Source: Burkholderiaceae bacterium (GTDB taxonomy: Bacteria > Pseudomonadota > Gammaproteobacteria > Burkholderiales > Burkholderiaceae_D). Taken from it: 64,000 nucleotides of DNA. The DNA is taken from positions 1,020 to 65,019 of the forward strand of contig DATBRC010000065.1 of assembly GCA_036560485.1 (NCBI GenBank), in the 5' to 3' direction. Shown piece after piece: positions 20,538 to 30,267 of the stretch. The translations under genes and the position numbers were made by a program. The notes beneath the pieces are model-generated. The model saw only the letters and a list, made by a program, of their open reading frames with translations, searched no databases and was not told where the DNA came from. How positions within the stretch are numbered: position 1 is the stretch's first letter; every line of letters starts with the position of its first letter.

Positions 20538-21398
20538 TTATTTTGATTTGGCCAATTTGATATGTTCTTCCAATTCGCTGAACGATGGACGTTCAGTCGA
20601 AAATAATACTTTCCGTCCAAACTCAACAGCAAGCGCCGGCGCATAGCCATTAAGACTTGCCAGCAATGTCACTTTCACGCACTGATACATCTTTGAAGAT
20701 TCGTGTAATTTCTGCTCCAACAAACTGGAAAGCGGCCCAACAAAGCCATACGCCAACAAGATCCCCAAGAAGGTACCAACTAACGCATGCGCGATCAAGA
20801 TGCCGAGTTCCTGTGGCGGCAATCCGACAGACTCCATTGTATGAACAACGCCCATGACGGCAGCCACAATACCGAACGCCGGCATACCGTCACCGAGCTT
20901 CGCGATGCAATGTGCCGGAACCTCACCTTCGGCATGATGCGTTTCAATTTCATTGTCCATCAGATTTTCAATCTGAAATGCATCCATGTTTCCTGACACC
21001 ATAAGCCGCAGGTAATCAGTGATAAATTCGATAATGTGATGATCTGACAGAATTGCCGGATATTTGCTGAAAATCGGACTTTCATCCGGCCTATCGATAT
21101 CACCTTCAATCGACATCAACCCTTCTTTTCGTACCTTGCTCAATATTTCGAACAGCATCGACATGAGTTCCATGTACAACGATTTCGTATATTTGGAGCC
21201 TTTCAACAAGCTCGGCAATGTCTTTAAAGTGGCTTTGATTGCCTTCCCGGTATTCCCAACGAAAAAAGCGCCAGTCGCAGCCCCGCCGATCATGAGCAGT
21301 TCGATAGGCTGCAGCAACGCGGCCAAATGCCCACCAGCAAGTGCGAAGCCACCAAAGACAGACAACACTACGGCAATATATCCAATGATGACTAACAA
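20538..21398 (-). CDS. motA: Flagellar stator protein MotA
   Basis: 286 aa MotA family. TTG start (21398..21396) with GGGAG 8 nt upstream. Confidence 0.92.
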   Translation of the reverse strand: MLVIIGYIAVVLSVFGGFALAGGHLAALLQPIELLMIGGAATGAFFVGNTGKAIKATLKTLPSLLKGSKYTKSLYMELMSMLFEILSKVRKEGLMSIEGDIDRPDESPIFSKYPAILSDHHIIEFITDYLRLMVSGNMDAFQIENLMDNEIETHHAEGEVPAHCIAKLGDGMPAFGIVAAVMGVVHTMESVGLPPQELGILIAHALVGTFLGILLAYGFVGPLSSLLEQKLHESSKMYQCVKVTLLASLNGYAPALAVEFGRKVLFSTERPSFSELEEHIKLAKSK

Positions 21399-21609
21399 GC
21401 GCTTAACTCCCGTTGTAAAAAAACGCCATTTTCACAGGCGGTCTATCGCAAATCCAACTACCAGGGGCAAAAAACTGCGCTCTTAAAATGCATCTACGCA
21501 TACGTTGTAAGAGGCGAACTGCTATATGGCAAAGCCATTGTGATTATTTATTGTATTTAAGAATGAATGTAACACAGGTAACTCTCCGTTTGCGCAGGTT
21601 TTATTGGAT

Positions 21610-22404
21610 CTATTTCATTGTCCAACAATACAACTCCGCCTCTTGAATGGAAGGTCGAATGATGTTATCCGGATTTCTGGCATCAATGAGAAATTCATAA
21701 CTGATCAACAAAGTGCCAGGCCGCATTTCAGCCTGCGCTTTTTCCCAAACTGAAGTCATGACTGCTGGGGATAAATAGGCAAAAACCACATCGTAATGCG
21801 AAAAATTCAACTGGTTATAATCGCCTCGCAAAAAGCGACACCGTCTACGTCCGATAAATGCACGCACCCAGCTTATTAACCAAGGTAATGGAGCCAATTC
21901 AATGCCAATGAAATCACTATCGGTACGGCGTTTATCAAGACTTAAAATCAATCCTCCCAATCCACTTCCAATATCAATGAATTTGACAGGCTGCTTCTCA
22001 GGCAGCAAATTTGCTACCGCGTCCCATATTTCAGGACTGGATGGATAAAACGGAACCTGTGTTTGAAATGTCGTCCAGTAAAGCGCCAATAGAAAAACGA
22101 ATGCGCCAAGAAAAATAACAGGAGGAAGATGCAGGGATAGTGCCGACAATATCGCAATCGGGAAGAAGAATTGAATAATCAACCACCATGATGCCATGCC
22201 GCGCCATTGCGAGATGCACAATGCAAGCACGCCTTGTATGGAAGTAACCCAAAACAGATTGACATCATGCTGTGTTAATACGGCCACGCCGCCCATTAAC
22301 AGAAGTGCCAATATCAACGATACGCATTGAATGATCAGAGCTTTAACGGCAGGCGCAGACAATATCGATTTTGAATAGATCACGGTCATATTGGAAGACA
22401 CCAT
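21610..22404 (-). CDS. Membrane-anchored class I SAM-dependent methyltransferase
   Basis: About 110 aa of hydrophobic segments followed by the SAM-binding motif FIDIGSGLGGLIL. Confidence 0.75.
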   Translation of the reverse strand: MVSSNMTVIYSKSILSAPAVKALIIQCVSLILALLLMGGVAVLTQHDVNLFWVTSIQGVLALCISQWRGMASWWLIIQFFFPIAILSALSLHLPPVIFLGAFVFLLALYWTTFQTQVPFYPSSPEIWDAVANLLPEKQPVKFIDIGSGLGGLILSLDKRRTDSDFIGIELAPLPWLISWVRAFIGRRRCRFLRGDYNQLNFSHYDVVFAYLSPAVMTSVWEKAQAEMRPGTLLISYEFLIDARNPDNIIRPSIQEAELYCWTMK

Positions 22405-22448
22405 ACTCCATTATCGACAGTGATTTTGATGCCGAAATTATTATCTTA

Positions 22449-23006
22449 TCAAGCTACTGCTGCTGTCGACTCAAGCTCATGCTCTTTTGATTTTTTAGTT
22501 TTTCCTGCACGAGAAGGCATATGGCAAAGGCCACACGTATAACCATTATGCAGATCGAGCCTGTGAACTACAAATTGCCCACCGCACTCACAGCAGCAAG
22601 TTGTCGTGAGCATTTTGCTATCGAAGAATCGAACCAATGTCCAAGCACGTGTAAGTGACAATACTGGCTCTGCATTATCACCCGGCTCAGCCTGTTCAAG
22701 ATAAAGTTTATAAGCTTTCATCACGGCTTCAATACCGGAGATCTGTGCATGCTCCACCAGATATTTATAAATATTGATGAAAAGCGAAGAATGAATATTA
22801 GGCTGCCAAGTGATGAACCAATCAGTCGAAAATGGCAACATTCCTTTGGGTGGTGACACACCTTTAAGCTCTTTGTATATTTTCAATAAGCGCTCACGTG
22901 ATAACGACGTCTCTGACTCCAGCAATTGAAGTCGCGCACCAAGCTTGACAAGTTCAATTGCGAGCTGGATTTCTTGCGCTTCTGTCACCACACTTTTCTT
23001 AGACAT
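22449..23006 (-). CDS. flhC: Flagellar master regulator subunit FlhC
   Basis: AIELVKLGARLQLLESETSLSRERLLKIYKELKG and a C-terminal Cys cluster (CCCECGG...CGLCHMP). Confidence 0.95.
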   Translation of the reverse strand: MSKKSVVTEAQEIQLAIELVKLGARLQLLESETSLSRERLLKIYKELKGVSPPKGMLPFSTDWFITWQPNIHSSLFINIYKYLVEHAQISGIEAVMKAYKLYLEQAEPGDNAEPVLSLTRAWTLVRFFDSKMLTTTCCCECGGQFVVHRLDLHNGYTCGLCHMPSRAGKTKKSKEHELESTAAVA

Positions 23007-23061
23007 TTTATGACCTCTTTTTTTATATTTCGCCTACGAGCACTTAATCAAAAAAATCAAG

Positions 23062-23379
23062 TTATACAATCTCTTCCACCGGCTGGCTGGCCATCAAGAT
23101 AGCAGCATGTGAATGAGACAAAGAGCGATTTTTATTGTAATTGGTCAGCATGCCAAGAATGGCACCATCATCAAAACGGAAACGAGCCAACATCATATTG
23201 GTGCCAGCGAGTTTCAATATTTGAGCATTATTGAGACCTTCGAGTAAATCTGCGATCTCGGCACTAATCCCTAAGCGGAATATTGCAGTGGCTTTATCAG
23301 AACGAATCATTTGTTGTGCCAACATCAAATAGCCCAAATTGGCGTCACGGATTTCAGCCATCATGTCATTTGTGTCCAT
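23062..23379 (-). CDS. flhD: Flagellar master regulator subunit FlhD
   Basis: 105 aa with IRDANLGYLMLAQQMIRSDKATAIFRLGIS. Strong SD (GAAGGAGGAG) upstream. Confidence 0.95.
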   Translation of the reverse strand: MDTNDMMAEIRDANLGYLMLAQQMIRSDKATAIFRLGISAEIADLLEGLNNAQILKLAGTNMMLARFRFDDGAILGMLTNYNKNRSLSHSHAAILMASQPVEEIV

Positions 23380-24208
23380 TTTTATCTCCTCCTTCGTTGA
23401 TTACTTGGAAGCAATTTGCGCTGCCAGTGAATGCATTCTGTTCCGGCGAATTGGAGGAGAAAATAGGCTCTAATCGGTATTTGTTGTCAGACACGACATG
23501 ACGCCACTTGTCGGTGTTTGTCTTACAAACACCAAGCGGCATAGAATTCACGCCAATTGAAATAGCGTGAAGAGTGGCTCTGGGCTTAGCTCTTAGCTTG
23601 ATTTAATAAACTGAGAATTCAGATTTATTAATGCCCAAAAATAAAAGATATATGCAAATCGTTATTATGTTCTTCGCAAAATTTCCAAAATTAAATGTTT
23701 CTTATAGGCCACAAAAGCGGCTTAATCCGCATCTCATGACTCATTAACGACACAATTTTTTGAAACTTTAGGGTTAAAACTAAAATATTTTCAAATTCTT
23801 TTGAATCTCTTGCGAATTATTAACGGTTGAAATGTTGAGAACTTTAATATTGCGGTTAAATAAATCTAAAATTAAATGTTTGCAAACATAAATCCTGAAA
23901 ATCGAGATTGATAAAGCTCACAGATAATCTCTGGAAAACGGGCCTGCCTTTACGTACCCCACTACTCTCCATAGATATCTTGTACGACGTGTTAATTATT
24001 TGATATAGTTCGCCGATCTAATTTGCTTACATATTGCTTACATGCAGTGACTTTAATTATTCGTTCGGATATTATCGTCGGGCAGAAAAGAATTTTCCTT
24101 GCAGAGCAAACAAGTGCAGTTAGAATGCATAACTTGCTTTTCAGGCAAATAGGGTTTTACCAGTATTGTCTTAGTATGGTTTCCAAAAATTCAACAGGAG
24201 AAAACAGC
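23380..24208. promoter_or_regulatory. 829-bp AT-rich divergent control region (flhDC leader/promoter and ABC operon promoter)
   Basis: No credible ORF. Contains a leader hairpin (23513-23533), a 14-nt exact direct repeat (23687-23700 and 23868-23881) and a 14-nt perfect palindrome (23876-23889). Confidence 0.5.
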
Positions 24209-25405
24209 ATGATGCTTAAACGCTTTGCCCTTACCACTCTAGCCATCGGAATGTTGGCCAGTGCAGCAGCCCGGGCTGAAGATCTGAAAATCGCTTTGAT
24301 TACCAGTAAAACTGGTCCTCTAGAAGCCTACGCTAAGCAAACCGAAACCGGTTTCATGATGGGCTTGAACTATTTGACCAATGGCACAATGACTTTGAAT
24401 GGTCGCAAAATTGTTGTCATCATGAAGGATGACCAGTTCAAACCAGATTTGGGCAAAGCACTTCTGGCAGCAGCCTACAATGATGACAAGGTAGATATCG
24501 CCGTCGGTACAACCGGCTCCGGTATTGCTGGTGCAATGCTGCCTGTCGCTGAAGAAAACAAGAAGATTCTGATTGTTGAACCAGCCGTTGCCGCCGATAT
24601 CACCGGTTCGAAATGGAACCGTTATATTTTCCGTACATCTCGCAACTCTTACCACGATTCCTGCTCTGCAGCGGCGATTACTCCTGCTTCGACCAATATC
24701 GCATTTCTGATTCAAGACAATGCATTCGGCAAGGAAGCCGTGAAATCGTTTGAAGAGTGCCTCGCTGCGATCAAGAGCAAAGCGAAGATTGTTCATATTG
24801 AAGCTGTCGATCCAAAAACAACGGATTTCACCGCAGCGGCACAACGCATGTTTGACGCATTGAAAGATAAAAAAGGCGAAAAACTGATTTCTATCGTTTG
24901 GGCTGGCGCAAACCCAATCGACAAAATCTATTCTCTCAATCCAGCACGTTACGGAATTGGCTTGACAGCAGGCGGCAACATTCTTCCAGTCATGAAGAGC
25001 TGGAAAAAATATGCTGGTTCTGAAGGCAGCCTGTACTACTACTATGCATTCCCGCACAACAAGATGAATGACTGGTTGGTTGCTGAGCACGAGAAGGAAT
25101 TCAAGAGCCCTCCTGATTTCTTCGTAGCCGGTGGTTTTGCTGCAGCCAGTGCCGTGGTTACAGCCCTGAAAAAAACCAACGGTTCTTCTGATGCCGAAAA
25201 GTTGATTAAAGCAATGGAAGGTATGGACTTTGATACGCCAAAAGGCAAAATGACTTTCCGTAAAGAAGATCACCAAGCCATGCAGCCTATGTATCACTTC
25301 CGAATCAAAGAAGAATCGAAACAAAAGAACGAATGGGACATTCTCGACCTAGTCCGTGAAATTCCAGCTTCGGAATTCGTTATCCCTATCCAGAATAAGC
25401 GTTAA
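24209..25405 (+). CDS. Periplasmic substrate-binding protein, Liv-type (branched-chain amino acid family) ABC transporter
   Basis: AGGAG at 24196-24200, then ATG at 24209. Signal peptide MMLKRFALTTLAIGMLASAAARA. Periplasmic-binding type I fold sequence. The 24023 ORF start is an upstream extension without an RBS. Confidence 0.85.
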   Translation: MMLKRFALTTLAIGMLASAAARAEDLKIALITSKTGPLEAYAKQTETGFMMGLNYLTNGTMTLNGRKIVVIMKDDQFKPDLGKALLAAAYNDDKVDIAVGTTGSGIAGAMLPVAEENKKILIVEPAVAADITGSKWNRYIFRTSRNSYHDSCSAAAITPASTNIAFLIQDNAFGKEAVKSFEECLAAIKSKAKIVHIEAVDPKTTDFTAAAQRMFDALKDKKGEKLISIVWAGANPIDKIYSLNPARYGIGLTAGGNILPVMKSWKKYAGSEGSLYYYYAFPHNKMNDWLVAEHEKEFKSPPDFFVAGGFAAASAVVTALKKTNGSSDAEKLIKAMEGMDFDTPKGKMTFRKEDHQAMQPMYHFRIKEESKQKNEWDILDLVREIPASEFVIPIQNKR

Positions 25406-25429
25406 TAGTTTATTCTGTGGTTTGTAAAA

Positions 25430-25465
25430 ATAACGCCGCTGACAGACTATTGTCGGCGGCGTTAT
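25430..25465 (+). terminator. Hairpin (partial terminator/attenuator) after the binding-protein gene
   Basis: ataacgccgctgac(25430-25443)/gtcggcggcgttat(25452-25465), 14-bp stem with one mismatch. No strong T-tract. Confidence 0.4.
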
Positions 25466-25520
25466 TGTGTGAAGAGAGACTTTATTTGTCTCACCTATTT
25501 CTCCATTATCAAATAACAGC

Positions 25521-26336
25521 GTGGGTAACAGTGTGAATAACAGTGTGAAAAGCAGCGCTGCTTCGGCTCAACAGAAGCCAACTCTATCAACACAAGGGTT
25601 GACCATTCGCTTCGGCGGACATGTGGCAGTCAATAATGTCACAGCAGAATTCAAAACAGGCGAGTTGACTGCCATTGTTGGTCCAAACGGTGCCGGCAAG
25701 ACGACTTATTTCAACTTGATTTCCGGACAGCTGCCAGCGACATCCGGGAAGGTGAATCTGTATGGGGAAGATATTACGCATCTCGGTGCGCCGCAACGAA
25801 CCAAAAGGGGCGTCGGACGTGCTTTTCAATTAACCAATTTGTTCCCGCATTTAACCGTATTGGAAAACGTACGTTTAGCGGTTCAGAGCAAAGCGGGATT
25901 GGGACTCAACTTGTTTTCCATATGGTCTGACCATAAAGAACTAATCGGAAAAGCAGAACATATCCTCGAGCAGGTTGCGATGACTGATCGTCGCTACGAG
26001 ATTGTCTCATTCCTCTCTCATGGCAACCAGCGCAAGCTGGAAGTCGCCATTCTTCTGGCACTTGAACCTGAGATTTTCATGTTTGACGAACCGACAGCCG
26101 GCATGAGCGTCGATGAAGTTCCCGTTCTGCTGGATCTGATTCATAAAATTAAAGCACAAGGCGACAAAACTATTTTGCTGGTCGAGCACAAGATGGACGT
26201 TGTCAGCTCTCTTGCGGATCGCATCATTGTGTTGCACAACGGCTGCCTGGTTGCAGATGGCGAGCCGAAGCAAGTCATGGCCTCACCCATCGTGCAACAG
26301 GCTTATCTAGGCATGGAGGTAGCAACAAATGTCTGA
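25521..26336 (+). CDS. ABC transporter ATP-binding protein (LivG-like)
   Basis: Walker A GPNGAGKTT, signature LSHGNQRKLE, Walker B IFMFDEP. GTG start; in-frame alternatives at 25533 and 25545. Confidence 0.9.
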   Translation: MGNSVNNSVKSSAASAQQKPTLSTQGLTIRFGGHVAVNNVTAEFKTGELTAIVGPNGAGKTTYFNLISGQLPATSGKVNLYGEDITHLGAPQRTKRGVGRAFQLTNLFPHLTVLENVRLAVQSKAGLGLNLFSIWSDHKELIGKAEHILEQVAMTDRRYEIVSFLSHGNQRKLEVAILLALEPEIFMFDEPTAGMSVDEVPVLLDLIHKIKAQGDKTILLVEHKMDVVSSLADRIIVLHNGCLVADGEPKQVMASPIVQQAYLGMEVATNV

Positions 26337-27054
26337 TGCACTATTAAAATTATCCGGTGTTCACACCCATATCGGTCAGTATCATATTTTGCACGGCGTT
26401 GATCTCGTTGTACCGAAAGGCGAATTGACTGTTCTGCTTGGCCGTAACGGCGCGGGCAAAACAACTACCCTGCGAACCATCATGGGACTCTGGCAGGCTT
26501 CTGCCGGCAATATCATGTTCAATGGCAGTGATATCACCAAGACGCCAACTCCAGACATATCCCAAAGTGGTATCGCATATATACCGGAGAATATGGGAAT
26601 TTTTGCCGGTTTGACGGTGCGTGAGAATCTGTTACTGGCTTCACGCTCGGGCGATCTCGATGAAAAACGTCTCGACTGGATCTTCAATTTTTTCCCTGCA
26701 TTGAAAAAATTCTGGAATCAACCTGCAGGCAAGCTCTCGGGTGGACAAAAGCAAATGGTGGCTATTGCGCGCGCCGTTGTTGAACCACGTAAATTGATAT
26801 TAGTTGATGAGCCTACCAAAGGACTCGCACCCGCCATCATTCAACATCTTATTGAAGCATTCAGGAATCTGAAAGAGACCGATACAACCATTCTGCTGGT
26901 TGAGCAAAATTTCGCTTTTGTGTCTGCTCTCGGCGATTCGGTTGCCGTCATGGATGGCGGTGTCATTGTTCATAGCGGCCGCATGGCCGAACTGGTTGAA
27001 GACAAGGCTTTGCAACACAAGCTGCTTGGTCTTTCACTCGACGCTCATCAATAG
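26329..27054 (+). CDS. ABC transporter ATP-binding protein (LivF-like)
   Basis: GRNGAGKTT, LSGGQKQMVAIARA, LILVDEP. 8-nt overlap with the preceding gene. Confidence 0.9.
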   Translation: MSDALLKLSGVHTHIGQYHILHGVDLVVPKGELTVLLGRNGAGKTTTLRTIMGLWQASAGNIMFNGSDITKTPTPDISQSGIAYIPENMGIFAGLTVRENLLLASRSGDLDEKRLDWIFNFFPALKKFWNQPAGKLSGGQKQMVAIARAVVEPRKLILVDEPTKGLAPAIIQHLIEAFRNLKETDTTILLVEQNFAFVSALGDSVAVMDGGVIVHSGRMAELVEDKALQHKLLGLSLDAHQ

Positions 27055-27064
27055 GAAGGAAGCC

Positions 27065-28087
27065 ATGACTGCGCCCACCACAACGGTAGCTGCTGACGAA
27101 GCGCTGCCAAAAATTCGTACTGACTTTGTTCCAATTTATCTCTTGTTGGCCATCGCCATCGCTGCCTTGCCATTTATCGGCAGTACGTCGACCTGGGTCA
27201 CACTGACCGTTGCCGGTTTGGCGATGGGAATGATGCTGTTTATCATGTCCAGCGGGCTGACTTTGGTGTTTGGTTTGATGGATGTGATGAACTTCGGTCA
27301 CGGCGCCTTCATTGCTGTCGGCGCATATACCGGATCATTGGTCTTCGGACGCATGCAAAGCTGGATGGAAGCTGATTCCTTCTGGATGAATATCTCGGTA
27401 ATCGGCATTGCGATTCTCGTCGCGATGGTCATTACAGCGATGCTCGGCTGGCTGTATGAGCGTCTATTCATCAAGCCGGTGTATGGCAATCCATTGATGC
27501 AGATTCTGATGACAACAGGTGCAATGATCGTTATAGAACAACTGATCATCGTTATCTGGGGACCGGATATGATTCCTCTGCAGATCCCGACAACATTGCA
27601 AGGCTCGTTTCTTTTTGGCGATGTAGTCATTGAAAAATACCGTCTTGCAGCAGTCATTATCGGCTTAGTGATTTTTATCGGCATGTACATGGTTCTCAAC
27701 CGCACCAGGATCGGCCTGCTGATTCGTGCCGGCGTTGAGAATGGTGAAATGGTACAAGCGTTGGGCTATCGCATCCGTCGTCTGTTTATTGGCGTCTTTG
27801 TATCCGGCGCTGCATTGGCTGCTCTTGGTGGCGTCATGTGGGGGTTATATAAACAAGAACTGACATCCGGAATCGGTGGTCAGGTTTTTGTTTCCGTGCT
27901 GATCGTCATCATTATCGGTGGCATGGGTTCAGTCGGCGGTTGCTTCATTGCTGCGTTGATGGTATCCCTGCTATCCAACTATGTGGGCTTCCTGGCACCT
28001 AAAATATCGCTGGTCACAGAAATTTTGCTCATGGTCGCGGTGCTGTCCTGGCGTCCGCGCGGGCTTTATCCAGTCTCGAGCAACTAG
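27065..28087 (+). CDS. ABC transporter permease (LivH-like)
   Basis: GGAAGGAAG precedes the ATG at 27065 (MTAPTTT...). Polytopic membrane protein. The 26900 ORF start overlaps the ATPase gene and was rejected. Confidence 0.9.
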   Translation: MTAPTTTVAADEALPKIRTDFVPIYLLLAIAIAALPFIGSTSTWVTLTVAGLAMGMMLFIMSSGLTLVFGLMDVMNFGHGAFIAVGAYTGSLVFGRMQSWMEADSFWMNISVIGIAILVAMVITAMLGWLYERLFIKPVYGNPLMQILMTTGAMIVIEQLIIVIWGPDMIPLQIPTTLQGSFLFGDVVIEKYRLAAVIIGLVIFIGMYMVLNRTRIGLLIRAGVENGEMVQALGYRIRRLFIGVFVSGAALAALGGVMWGLYKQELTSGIGGQVFVSVLIVIIIGGMGSVGGCFIAALMVSLLSNYVGFLAPKISLVTEILLMVAVLSWRPRGLYPVSSN

Positions 28088-28096
28088 GAGAATCAG

Positions 28097-29200
28097 ATGC
28101 TAAAAAGAATTCTTTCCGAAGATATGCCTCGCAGCCGCATCTTGAGTGTGCTGCTCCCTGTCATATTGCTTCTTCTTGCATTTGCACCTTTTATTTTTCC
28201 AGGTGCTCGCGCAATCAACGTCGCTGCCACGATCTGTGTATTTATTGTCCTGGTAGCTTCATACGATCTGTTGCTCGGTTATACCGGCATCATTTCTTTT
28301 GCCCATACGATGTTTTATGGCATTGGTGCTTATGGCGTAGGGCTGTCATTGAATAAATTCGGCGCTACTTGGAGTTCGGTTTTTATAGGCTTTGCCATCG
28401 CGATGGTTATTTCCTTTATCCTTGCGTTGATCATTGGCCTTTTCTCCCTGCGTGTGAAAGCACTGTTTTATGCAATGATCACATTGGCGATTGCTTTTGC
28501 CTTTGCGGTGTTGGCAGTGCAATTATCCGATCTTACAGGCGGCGATGACGGCTTAACCATCCAAGTTCCTGAACAACTGAAACCAAGCTACAAGTTGATT
28601 GAATCGCAGATATTTGGCGTAGACATCAACGGCAAGATATTGACTTATTACCTGGTATTTTTTGTGGCATTGGCAGCGTTCTTGGTCATGCTGCGCATTG
28701 TAAACTCACCGTTCGGTAAAGTACTACAGTCGATTCGTGAAAACGAATTCAGGGCGGAAGCGATTGGATACAAGACAGTTGTCTATCGCACCATCAGTAA
28801 TTGTCTCGGTGCTTTGGGTGCAACCCTGGCTGGTGGCTTGTTGGTCTTATGGTTACGCTATGTCGGTCCTGACACATCACTTTCATTCGGCATCATGCTC
28901 AATATTTTGTTGATCGTATTTATCGGCGGCATGGCGACGATGTACGGCTCTGTTGTTGGCACAGTGCTCTTCATCATTGCGCAAAACTATCTGCAGGATT
29001 TAATGAAAGTTGGCAGTGGCGCTTTGACTCAATTCGCATCGTCTTACACTGACTCGGTAATGGGTTCGACTATCGCGTTCTTCTCGCGATTGATCAGTCC
29101 GGACAGATGGTTCATGTGGTTGGGTATTTTGTTTGTGCTTTCCGTTTATTACTTCCCCTTGGGTATCGTAGGAAAACTACGCACTCTTAAAAAGCGCTAA
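28097..29200 (+). CDS. ABC transporter permease (LivM-like)
   Basis: 367 aa polytopic membrane protein. AGGAG upstream. Confidence 0.9.
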   Translation: MLKRILSEDMPRSRILSVLLPVILLLLAFAPFIFPGARAINVAATICVFIVLVASYDLLLGYTGIISFAHTMFYGIGAYGVGLSLNKFGATWSSVFIGFAIAMVISFILALIIGLFSLRVKALFYAMITLAIAFAFAVLAVQLSDLTGGDDGLTIQVPEQLKPSYKLIESQIFGVDINGKILTYYLVFFVALAAFLVMLRIVNSPFGKVLQSIRENEFRAEAIGYKTVVYRTISNCLGALGATLAGGLLVLWLRYVGPDTSLSFGIMLNILLIVFIGGMATMYGSVVGTVLFIIAQNYLQDLMKVGSGALTQFASSYTDSVMGSTIAFFSRLISPDRWFMWLGILFVLSVYYFPLGIVGKLRTLKKR

Positions 29201-29210
29201 GTCTGGCATT

Positions 29211-29251
29211 CCTCGATTGAACAGCTCACACCGAGTCATGTTCAATCGAGG
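29211..29251 (+). terminator. Hairpin after the ABC operon
   Basis: cctcgattgaac(29211-29222)/gttcaatcgagg(29240-29251), perfect 12-bp stem with a 17-nt loop. No T-tract. Confidence 0.4.
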
Positions 29252-29393
29252 AAAATAAGCTCATCAACAAAGCTGCTTTCCATGCAATCCCTCTGCAATA
29301 AAACAAACTGCTTTCCCTCCCCTACTTCCAGATAGTACTACTCAACATCCGGATAGTATTAAAATGGGATGTATCTAATGTAATGGAACTCCC

Positions 29394-30245
29394 ATGCCCG
29401 CCAGAAAAATAAAATATTTAAGTCAATGTCCTCCGCATCCGCATCACATTTTTTATAAAGAGTGGGGTGACATTCACAACCAGAACGCACTATTCTGCGC
29501 CCATGGATTGACACGCAATAGCGGTGATTTCGATTACTTCTGCAGCAAGATGGAAGAGCACTATCATATTATTTGTCCGGATATGCCAGGTAGAGGACAA
29601 AGTGATTGGCTCGCCAAAGACGAATATCACTACTCGGTGTATATGGCGGATGCAGGTACCCTTATAGCGCAATTGGGTGCAAAAAGACTGGATTGGGTAG
29701 GCACCTCAATGGGTGGGCTGATGGGGATGATACTCGCATCGCAACCCAATACACCTATCCGCAAATTGGTTATCAATGATGTCGGCCCTTTTGCTTCTCG
29801 CGCTTCTCAACTCACCATCGGCAAGTATGCAGGCAATGATGAACGCTTCAACACTTTTGAAGAAGTCACTACGTATTTCAAGAATCTCTATGCGGCCTGG
29901 GGCAACGTCTCAGAAGACCAATGGCTGAGTGTGGCCAAACAAAGTTCCAGAGTATTGGAAGATGGAACTTACGCACTTGCGTATGATCCTGCCATCGTTG
30001 CGCCCTTAAAAGGAAATGTGGACGCGCTTGAAGACATCAGCATTTGGCCTGTATATGAAGCGATTCAAATTCCGATGCTTTTGTTGCATGGCGCTGAATC
30101 AACCATTGTGCCTGCCGCACTAGTAGAGGAAATGAAGCAGCGCAACAAGAATCTGGAAGTAGTAGATTTTCCGGGCATAGGACACGCGCCTTCCTTAATG
30201 GAAGACTACCAAGTTAATTTAGTGCGCGAATGGCTGCGCAAATAA
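29394..30245 (+). CDS. Alpha/beta hydrolase fold protein
   Basis: 283 aa with HGLTRNSGDF and a G-T-S-M-G-G nucleophile elbow. Convergent with the CCR gene. Confidence 0.8.
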   Translation: MPARKIKYLSQCPPHPHHIFYKEWGDIHNQNALFCAHGLTRNSGDFDYFCSKMEEHYHIICPDMPGRGQSDWLAKDEYHYSVYMADAGTLIAQLGAKRLDWVGTSMGGLMGMILASQPNTPIRKLVINDVGPFASRASQLTIGKYAGNDERFNTFEEVTTYFKNLYAAWGNVSEDQWLSVAKQSSRVLEDGTYALAYDPAIVAPLKGNVDALEDISIWPVYEAIQIPMLLLHGAESTIVPAALVEEMKQRNKNLEVVDFPGIGHAPSLMEDYQVNLVREWLRK

Positions 30246-30267
30246 ACAAAAACAGCCCGCATGAATT

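Noticed and set aside
21399-21609. Search for a sigma-28 promoter upstream of motA (and upstream of fliA at 4483-4610 and of flhB at 10028-10260)
   Set aside because: The best candidates match the -10 element in 5-6 of 8 positions, with no acceptable -35 element at the correct spacing. They are not reportable.
23366-23551. 61-aa ORF in the flhD upstream region
   Set aside because: It overlaps the flhD start and SD, has no RBS and no recognisable sequence. It is more likely part of the flhDC 5' leader.
24023-24208. Upstream extension of the binding-protein ORF; likewise 26900-27064 for the permease, 1070-1138 for the VOC protein, 12357-12404 for cheZ and 59929-59973 for the MbtH-like protein
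   Set aside because: The extensions have no RBS, overlap neighbouring genes or AT-rich intergenic DNA, and add non-homologous residues. The internal ATGs have good SD sequences and give canonical N-termini or signal peptides.
25521-25550. Short repeats aacagtgtg near the ATPase start, and other small tandem repeats, considered as a possible CRISPR or regulatory array
   Set aside because: There are only 2-3 copies of 9-12 nt and no spacer-repeat architecture. They simply encode NSV repeats at an uncertain GTG start. I found no CRISPR array anywhere in the window.
29394-30245. Alpha/beta hydrolase as the missing release thioesterase of the assembly line
   Set aside because: It is on the opposite strand, convergent with the CCR gene, and resembles generic hydrolases rather than TE domains. 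Membership of the cluster cannot be supported from sequence alone.
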